Shown: positions 57,526 through 64,000 of the stretch, piece after piece
How the letters are laid out: each line of letters begins with the position of its first letter
How positions within the stretch are numbered: the stretch's first letter is position 1
Assembly (NCBI GenBank): GCA_035547755.1
Contig: DASZUG010000055.1
Coordinates: 5,562 to 69,561, forward strand
Origin: Rhizobiaceae bacterium
GTDB lineage: Bacteria; Pseudomonadota; Alphaproteobacteria; Rhizobiales; Rhizobiaceae
Direction: 5' to 3'
DNA length: 64,000 nt
Position numbers and translations under genes: made by a program
The notes under the pieces: generated by a model
Databases searched by the model: none
What the model saw: the letters and a program-made list of their open reading frames with translations, nothing else
Told to the model about the DNA's origin: nothing

Positions 57526-57869
57526 TGAATGCCGTCGCGGATGATCTGGGACACTTCGATCAGCCCCTCGAAATTGGTGGAGTTGCCCTGCCTGATCGCT
57601 TCGCCCTCGCGAAGCAGCCAAAGACCGATCGAAATGAGATTGGCGCGCAATTCCTTGGGCAATTCGTTTTCGCTACTGCCGAGATCCTGCATGAACGACG
57701 TCCAGACACGATTCATAAAATGGATCGATTCAACAGCCTGGACGGTGTTGGGTCCCTTTTCCTTGGCGGCGACCAGGAGGTCAATCGAACGGGTCAGCAA
57801 TTGCCTTTCGCGATCCTTGGCGTCGGCAATCGAATCGGTCTGAATTTCAGCGTAGGAGAATTGGTACAT
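57522..57869 (-). CDS. flaF: Flagellin chaperone/regulator FlaF
   Basis: MYQFSYAE, N.LP.ELRANLISIGLW. Confidence 0.95.
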   Translation of the reverse strand: MYQFSYAEIQTDSIADAKDRERQLLTRSIDLLVAAKEKGPNTVQAVESIHFMNRVWTSFMQDLGSSENELPKELRANLISIGLWLLREGEAIRQGNSTNFEGLIEVSQIIRDGIQ

Positions 57870-57894
57870 TATCGCTTCCGTCCGAGGATCACGG

Positions 57895-58941
57895 TTACAG
57901 GTAATTGACGAGGCTCAGTTGCTGCATGCGCGCCGTCAGCGTGTAGGATGTCTCGATCTGGTTGAGCAGGGTGGTGATTTTGGTTGCTACCTCGTTCTGA
58001 TCGACACCCTCTAGGCTGACGAGGTGGGTGTTGAAGAGGCTCACCTGGCTATTCAACTGATTGTTGGCATTGCTGACGTGGTTCTGCACGAGGCCGATCT
58101 GCGATTGTTGGTCGGTGAGGGCCGTCTGCGTGTCTCCCACAAGGGAAGAAGCCTTTCCAACGATCGCGTTCTTGGCGGCATCGCTCAGGTTCCCGCTGAA
58201 GAAATCCGAGACCATCGATGCGGCCATCATGAATTTCTGCGCGCCCGCATTGTTTGCGCCAAGCGAGGTCTGGGCCGTTTCGTTCAACGAGATACGGTTC
58301 GTGATCGTTTGATCTGAAGCATTCGACCAGATGCCCTGCCAGCCGGAGCCGAGGAATTGCGGTTCAAGGACATTGTCCATGAAGTCGTTCATCTGGTCGG
58401 CGGTGATATTGGCCGCCGCGGGATCGTCGGGCGAAAAGCCGAAATAGCTTTGGAAGGAATCATCCAGCGCCTGTTTCGGCGAAGGACTGCCGGCAGTGAA
58501 GTCGTTTATCGGCTGCGCGTCAGTATTGATGCCGGAGAAAATATACTCGCCGTTGACATTGGTGTTGAGGGCCGCGGTAGCGGAACTCAGTGCAGTCTGC
58601 GCGGCGGACTGGACGACGGAATCGTCGACGCTGCCGGCGCTGTCGGTGACGAGCGTCGAGAGGAAGGATTGCGCCACGCTGGCGAATTGGCCGAGCGCGT
58701 TCTGGGTGGCGCTCAGGCGGGTGGTGATAAGCGCGTTGGAACTGACGAGACCGTTCAGGCGATCGACGTCGCGGGACAGCGATACTGCCTGGCCGGTCTG
58801 GGCTCCAAGCGCGAGGCCGGTGTCCGCCACCTTGCCTGTCACCATCTCGGTCTGGGCCTGAGTCAGCTGTTGCTGCATGTCGGCCATCTGGTAGCGCAAG
58901 GCCTGCGAAACGGCCTGGGACGAAATGAAAGTCGTCTTCAT
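57895..58941 (-). CDS. flgL: Hook-associated protein 3
   Basis: MKTTFISS, LNTNVNGEYIFSGINT, LTARMQQLSLVNYL. Confidence 0.93.
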   Translation of the reverse strand: MKTTFISSQAVSQALRYQMADMQQQLTQAQTEMVTGKVADTGLALGAQTGQAVSLSRDVDRLNGLVSSNALITTRLSATQNALGQFASVAQSFLSTLVTDSAGSVDDSVVQSAAQTALSSATAALNTNVNGEYIFSGINTDAQPINDFTAGSPSPKQALDDSFQSYFGFSPDDPAAANITADQMNDFMDNVLEPQFLGSGWQGIWSNASDQTITNRISLNETAQTSLGANNAGAQKFMMAASMVSDFFSGNLSDAAKNAIVGKASSLVGDTQTALTDQQSQIGLVQNHVSNANNQLNSQVSLFNTHLVSLEGVDQNEVATKITTLLNQIETSYTLTARMQQLSLVNYL

Positions 58942-58943
58942 CG

Positions 58944-60407
58944 TCAGTTCACCGCTTCCATGAGGGAGTTTAGCATGTCGTTGACGGTCTTCATCAGCTG
59001 GGCGGATGCCTGGTAGGCGTGTTCGAGGTCGAGAAGCTGGGACATCTCCTCGTCCATGTTCACCCCGGTCGCATTTGAGAGTGCGGTTTGTGTCTTGGTG
59101 GCGAGTGCGTTCTTGTTGTCCGCTGCCGTTGATGCGGCCTGCCGCATGTTTTCGAGCCAACTGATGGTATTGGTGGAATAATCGAGCACGCTTGCCTTGT
59201 CGCCCGCTCCCGCAGACGGGTCAAAATTCATCGGCTGTTCCAGGTTCTGCGTATATTTGATCAGCAGGTCGGAGTAAGACGCGCCGCCGGAACTGTTGGC
59301 CTTGTAGTCGGCGCCGTTGGCGCCTCCATCCCTGAGAAGGGTTGCGTCCCCGCCCTGCGACGGATCCATCAGAGGATTGACCCTGATGCTGCCGGCAAGG
59401 CCGGTGGTTACAGTCCCGGCGGCCGGCATGGAAGGCGCACCGGACCATGTGAACAGGCCAGGCGCATCGGGCTGCCCGGTGCCGCTCTGGTCCGTCTCCG
59501 CGAAGGAACTGATCAGCCCGCGGGCGATCTCGTCGAGCTGACTCTGCATGGTGGGCGCGACATCATCGCGAAGCTGCAGCATGGCCGCGATGCTGCCCGA
59601 GGCAGTGGTATTGCCGCCGCTTCCCGGCTGAAGCGGCACGCCGTCGATCGTTATCGAATTCCCGGTGGTGGACGGCGTGTAAACCGCCTTCGGATCGAAG
59701 GCGATCGTGCGGGGAACCGTCTCGTAAAGCGTCGTCCCATCGGCCGTCGTCAGCACCATGTCGTTGTCGCCGCGCGTCATGGTCGAAACGGGGATATATT
59801 GCGCGATCTGCTTGAGAATGGAATCACGCTGATCAAGTGCATCGGAGACATCGCTGCCGCTGCGTGTCCCCGAAATAACCGCCTTGTTTGCCTGATCGAA
59901 ATTCTGCAGCAAATTGTTGAGCTTGCTGACGGCGGAGGATATCTGCGAATCCATTTGCGCGCGGAAATCCTGGATCGCTTCCGTGCCGTTGTTGAGGCTT
60001 TGGGCCATCTGCGTCGCGGAATCGATTGCGCTGCTGGCCAGCGAGGCGTTGGACGGTGTCGCCGAGTAGAGATTGATCGCCTGCTGCAACTGTCCGAGGA
60101 GTGTTGCGGGGGAGGTGGAATCATCCGATCCGTTGATCGACAGATCAAGCTGGTTCAGGCCATCCAGCAGGGCGCTTTGTCCCTGATAGGAGGATAGTGC
60201 CTCGATGTTCTGGCGAAACAGCGCATCGTTGGCGGCGCGCTGGATGGTGACGATCTGCGCGCCGTTTCCCGCGGTCGAGGTGACGGCGGAGCGACGTCCG
60301 TAATCCTCGTTGCTTGCATTGGCGATATTGTTGGAAACGACGCTGGTCTGGCGCGACGTGTTGAACAGCGCCGTCTGGGCGATCGAGAGGGCCGTGGTGA
60401 GCGACAT
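58944..60407 (-). CDS. flgK: Hook-associated protein 1
   Basis: VSNNIANA, ALDQRD, GVNMDEEM...LEHAYQASA. Confidence 0.95.
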   Translation of the reverse strand: MSLTTALSIAQTALFNTSRQTSVVSNNIANASNEDYGRRSAVTSTAGNGAQIVTIQRAANDALFRQNIEALSSYQGQSALLDGLNQLDLSINGSDDSTSPATLLGQLQQAINLYSATPSNASLASSAIDSATQMAQSLNNGTEAIQDFRAQMDSQISSAVSKLNNLLQNFDQANKAVISGTRSGSDVSDALDQRDSILKQIAQYIPVSTMTRGDNDMVLTTADGTTLYETVPRTIAFDPKAVYTPSTTGNSITIDGVPLQPGSGGNTTASGSIAAMLQLRDDVAPTMQSQLDEIARGLISSFAETDQSGTGQPDAPGLFTWSGAPSMPAAGTVTTGLAGSIRVNPLMDPSQGGDATLLRDGGANGADYKANSSGGASYSDLLIKYTQNLEQPMNFDPSAGAGDKASVLDYSTNTISWLENMRQAASTAADNKNALATKTQTALSNATGVNMDEEMSQLLDLEHAYQASAQLMKTVNDMLNSLMEAVN

Positions 60408-60471
60408 TATCTGCCTTTCCGTATCTCTTTGCCCTCTTCCCTCGTCACATCCGGCGCTCCTGCGCCATCGA

Positions 60472-61728
60472 TCACTTCAGGTTGAGGAGAATGTCCATCA
60501 GGTTCGAGCCTGTCTGAAAAACTTTTGAATTGGCGGAATAATCGCTCTGTGCCTGGATCATGTCCGTCAGTTCCGTGGCAATATCCACATTGGAACCTTC
60601 GAGTGCGCCTGACTGGATCGCGCCCATGCCGTTGGTGTTTGGAAAGCCCATCGTCACGGCGCCGGATTTGTTATTGGCCGAATAGACATTCCCTGAAAGG
60701 GCGCTCAAATTGTCGGGGCTAGGCACATCGGCGATGGGGATACGATAAAGCGCTGCGGAAGAACCATCCTCATACTCGGCCGTAACCGTACCATCGCTGC
60801 CGATCGTCACCTTGCTGATGCCATCCGGCGCGTTGCCGTTCACCTTGCCCTGGCTGACGGTATAATCCGTCGCAAGCTGGGTCATCGAGGACAAGTCGAG
60901 GTCGAGAGTCTGCCCGTTGGGAATGGGCACGGAAATGTCTTTCGCGCTCGTGGAGGCAAGCGCGCCCGTCGCGGGATCGAACGTCAGGGTCTGGGTGGCC
61001 AAGGGACCGGAGCTATAGGGGAAACTCGTGCCAGGGGAAGCGTCTGCCTGGTTGTAGACCGCCACTTCCCAAGTGTTATCGGCGGTCTTGGTCGAATAAA
61101 CGTCGAGCAGTACCTGATTGCCGAGTTGGTCGTAGGTGACGAGCGAGGATTTCGCGGTGTAAGTTGCCGTGGCCGCGTTTGCGGAGGGCAGGTTGGCGGC
61201 GGCCACGGCGGTGGCGTTTGAAGGCAGATTGGCGGCGAAGACGCCCTCCGTTGAAGGGGAGGCGGTCAGCTTCGCCTGGTTGATCGTCACCGGAACGAGC
61301 CCCTGAAAGCCGTTTGCTGTCACGGAAGGCGTGCCGTTGGCATAACTGTAGCCGAGAAGCGTGTAGCCCGCGGCGTTGACGAGCTGGCCTTGAGGGTTGG
61401 GAACGAAGGAACCCGCACGCGTGAGGTAAGGCGTGCCGTTCGGATCCGCCACGACGAAGAAGCCGTTTCCCTGGATCGCGAGGTCGGTGTCCGAGGTCGT
61501 GTATTGGAGTTGTCCGTCGTCGGTGACGTCGTGGATGGTGGTCGTGGTGACGCCGCCGGAATTGTAGTTGCCGGAGGTACTGGGGAGAAGCAGGCTGGAA
61601 AATTGCGTGTCCGACCTCTTGTAGCCCGTCGTGCTCGAATTCGCGATATTGTCGGCGACCGACGAGAGGCGGTTGGACTGCGCGGACATTCCCGACACAC
61701 CCGTCCGCATCATTCCATATAGGCTCAT
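60472..61728 (-). CDS. flgE: Flagellar hook protein
   Basis: ADNIANSSTTGYK, DLAIQGNGFF, LTRAGSF, LEGSNVDIATELTDMI. Confidence 0.97.
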   Translation of the reverse strand: MSLYGMMRTGVSGMSAQSNRLSSVADNIANSSTTGYKRSDTQFSSLLLPSTSGNYNSGGVTTTTIHDVTDDGQLQYTTSDTDLAIQGNGFFVVADPNGTPYLTRAGSFVPNPQGQLVNAAGYTLLGYSYANGTPSVTANGFQGLVPVTINQAKLTASPSTEGVFAANLPSNATAVAAANLPSANAATATYTAKSSLVTYDQLGNQVLLDVYSTKTADNTWEVAVYNQADASPGTSFPYSSGPLATQTLTFDPATGALASTSAKDISVPIPNGQTLDLDLSSMTQLATDYTVSQGKVNGNAPDGISKVTIGSDGTVTAEYEDGSSAALYRIPIADVPSPDNLSALSGNVYSANNKSGAVTMGFPNTNGMGAIQSGALEGSNVDIATELTDMIQAQSDYSANSKVFQTGSNLMDILLNLK

Positions 61729-61799
61729 GACCCGTTCTCCTCGATTCTCACGCCGGGCTTGGGCTTTTCAACCCGGAGCCGGCAAAGGGCACCGCGAGG

Positions 61800-61829
61800 A
61801 TCATACGTCTGCTGACTTGCGCGAGGCTG
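61800..61829 (-). promoter_or_regulatory. Flagellar promoter motif copy 1 (CAGCCT-CG-CGCAAG-N10-TATGAT)
   Basis: Upstream of flgE; same motif and spacing as two other copies. Confidence 0.62.
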
Positions 61830-61844
61830 GCCACCATCCATGAT

Positions 61845-62513
61845 TCAATCGATGAGGCGGTATCCGAGGAAACGCTTGGAATCGATCGGGTCCACCCCGA
61901 GCTTTTCCCTCAATTTCTTGCGAAGCTTGCTGATATGGCTTTCGACGACGTTTTCCTCGACCTCCTCGTCGAAGACACCGTAGATGGCGTTGAAGACTTG
62001 TGTCTTGGTGACGCGACGCCCTCTGTTGGCGGCGAGGAATTCCAGGATGCGCCGCTCGCGGCGCGGAAGCGGGAGCGCCGTTCCGGCAATTTCGGGATCC
62101 CGGCCGTCGGTGAAGATGCGCAAGGCGCCGATGTCGGTAAAGGGAGCTTCCTCGTTGAGGCGTCGCCTGATCGCCGATATTCGCGCCAGGATCTCGCGGA
62201 TGTGAACCGGCTTGCGGATAACGTCATCGACGCCGGATTCGAAAAGTTTGAGCGTGTTTTCGAGCGAATGCTGTTCGCTAAGAGCAATGACGGGAGCGCT
62301 GGTGCGCGAGCGTATCAGACGCGGCGAGGGCGGCTCATCTCCGCATTCGCCTATTAGAACCGCGCGTACGGCCTTCACTTCGTCGTCGGCCGCCGTCTCG
62401 ACCCATTCGCCGAACTCGCTCGATCCGAAACCGGCGCTCGCTACTCCCTCGCGATCGAAGAGGGAATTGTACCCTTCTTTCACAAGGTCGCGCTCGTCTA
62501 CTATGACAATCAT
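61845..62513 (-). CDS. rem: Flagellar OmpR-like regulator Rem/FtcR
   Basis: [58 protein letters not shown]; located upstream of flgE. Confidence 0.9.
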   Translation of the reverse strand: MIVIVDERDLVKEGYNSLFDREGVASAGFGSSEFGEWVETAADDEVKAVRAVLIGECGDEPPSPRLIRSRTSAPVIALSEQHSLENTLKLFESGVDDVIRKPVHIREILARISAIRRRLNEEAPFTDIGALRIFTDGRDPEIAGTALPLPRRERRILEFLAANRGRRVTKTQVFNAIYGVFDEEVEENVVESHISKLRKKLREKLGVDPIDSKRFLGYRLID

Positions 62514-62753
62514 TGGCCGCACCCCGAATCATCGTTTCCGAACCCCACGGAAAGGGGTATCCGCTGGCGGCGGCGATGAACAACCACCATTTCTTGGGGG
62601 GCATTTTTAGGGATGTCGCCATGCCAGGCGGAAAAGGATGTCCGCGGCTAATGGGAATCGCGAACCGGGAGATAGTGGCGAAACCCTAACAGTGTCTTGC
62701 AGTCTTCGGGAGGCGGCCAAAGGATACGAACACGTCGTCTATGACTGCAGTCT

Positions 62754-63347
62754 TTAGTTGCAGAAGCGCCGCGCATTCGGCGTCCATTTGCCAAAGCCGG
62801 TGGCGACCATATTGGAGATGACGCGGCAGACATACTGCTTCTGCGCCGGATCGTTGTTCGGACCGGCATGGTAGCGCGCGACGGCCATCGACCAGCTCAC
62901 ATGCTTGCGCTTCAGGTCGGCAAGAAATTGCGCGGCATAGTCAACATTGAGCCGCGGGTTGAACATCTGCCCCACGCTTGCAAAATGCGAGCCATGATAG
63001 AGATGATTGATCTGCATGCAGCCTATGTCGATGAGCCGCGCGCCTCGCGCTTCTGCCTGGTCGAAGATCTGCAGCGCCTCCGTGCGCGTCGGAGGGAAAT
63101 AGGCTTTGCCCTCGACGTTCAGTGCATAAGGCTGCAACGTTCCCTTTTTCCCCGTTTCGGTCAGACCGACGGAGTATAATATCCCAATCGGGATGCCATA
63201 CTGCGCTGAGGCACGCAGGATTTCCGTCTCGCAGGGATTGGACGCCGCAGCCGCCGGGGCGGGCATTCCGAGGCTAGATATAAAGGCCGTGAGAGCCGCC
63301 ATCGCCGCCCGTCGGCTGAGGCGTCGGGGCATGTCCATTGTCACCAT
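62754..63347 (-). CDS. Flagellar SLT-domain lytic transglycosylase; start approximate
   Basis: LYSVGLTETG, IDIGCMQIN, VARYHAG; between fliK and rem. Confidence 0.88.
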   Translation of the reverse strand: MVTMDMPRRLSRRAAMAALTAFISSLGMPAPAAAASNPCETEILRASAQYGIPIGILYSVGLTETGKKGTLQPYALNVEGKAYFPPTRTEALQIFDQAEARGARLIDIGCMQINHLYHGSHFASVGQMFNPRLNVDYAAQFLADLKRKHVSWSMAVARYHAGPNNDPAQKQYVCRVISNMVATGFGKWTPNARRFCN

Positions 63348-64000
63348 TGTTATTTCCCGCATTGCTTCCCGCAGCGCTGCCACCCGAACCTCCTCCCGAA
63401 TTTGTGGAAGCCTGGAACGGCGCGTTGCCCTGTCCCTGCGCTGTCGATTGGTTCGCCGCCGCGGCGGTGGGCATGACGCTTCCTCCATGCTTGATCGTGA
63501 TATGACTGACATCGAAGCCAAGGGAGCGCAGCGATTTGACGATGTCGTCCGCATCGCTCGACAGGCGCAGTCGCGCCTCTTCCGTCCCAACCTCGACTTC
63601 TATCCTGAGTTGATCTCCGGATAAGTGAAGATTGGCGGTCACGGAGCCCAATCTGGCGGGTTGAAGCGCGATCGACAGTGAGCGGACGGACATCCCCATG
63701 ACGGGCATATTCGCCATGTAGGCGGCCTGGTTCATATAGGCCGCCCATGGCTGGGCGCTTTCTATCCCCGAAACGAATGACGAAGCGGTCTGGCCAAGGA
63801 GCGTGCCCGAACCGCTTCCGGTGCTGCCGAAAGTCGTAGAGCCTGTCATGTCCGCCTGCGGCGAGGCTGGATGAAGGTTCGCCGATGACGGCTTTCCCGG
63901 ATTGCCGCCTTCCTGCCCGCTCGATCCCGAATTGCCGCGGTCTCCGGTGTTTGTGCCAGGCGATCTTGCGGGAGGAGCGTGCTGCGCCATGCTTCCTGCA
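63274..64000 (-). CDS. fliK: Hook-length control protein FliK, C-terminal part (5'-truncated by window)
   Basis: IALQPARLGSVTANL...LRIEV T3S4 domain, low-complexity flanks, ends GLYI. Confidence 0.82.
   Translation of the reverse strand, partial: AGSMAQHAPPARSPGTNTGDRGNSGSSGQEGGNPGKPSSANLHPASPQADMTGSTTFGSTGSGSGTLLGQTASSFVSGIESAQPWAAYMNQAAYMANMPVMGMSVRSLSIALQPARLGSVTANLHLSGDQLRIEVEVGTEEARLRLSSDADDIVKSLRSLGFDVSHITIKHGGSVMPTAAAANQSTAQGQGNAPFQASTNSGGGSGGSAAGSNAGNNNGDNGHAPTPQPTGGDGGSHGLYI

Noticed and set aside
61845-62513. Atypical receiver domain as a novelty
   Set aside because: This is an established property of Rem/FtcR, and the flagellar gene order is canonical for rhizobia.

Overview
A GC-rich alphaproteobacterial (Rhizobiales-type) chromosomal segment, mostly core genome. 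The left part runs gltB(3' end), gltD, cell-envelope genes, galU, kdsD-like, nfeD/SPFH, hemH, a 5'-nucleotidase-LysM fusion, omp10, hss, pepF, a sigma-54 response regulator, DUF882 and eda. A DUF433/DUF5615(PIN) toxin-antitoxin cassette sits between gltB and gltD, and its toxin gene is frameshifted. The middle is a mixed accessory region with an orphan DUF3380 muramidase, trhO, a TetR/ABA4-like module, a MarR-GNAT fusion, a CDF transporter, an OmpR/EnvZ-like two-component system, a GntR-ABC-tartrate dehydrogenase operon, a DUF1007/NiCoT pair and a speF leader with ornithine decarboxylase. The right end is the distal half of the rhizobial flagellar cluster (fliK to fliR plus downstream genes). 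I recognised no rRNA, tRNA, CRISPR array, integrase or transposase. The best candidate for an undescribed system is at 34.5-38.1 kb. There a two-component system lies divergent from three tiny, secreted, very basic proteins (His-rich, 2-Cys helical, KKxxx-repeat/Asr-like), and two promoters in front of them share a 35-bp motif with identical spacing. Other notable items are a CtrA-box-preceded CCUCCUCCC (cuckoo-type) sRNA candidate, a Bru-RS-like miniature repeat, a predicted leaderless autoregulated MarR-GNAT gene and a thrice-repeated flagellar promoter motif. All family assignments come from motif recognition, not database searches.
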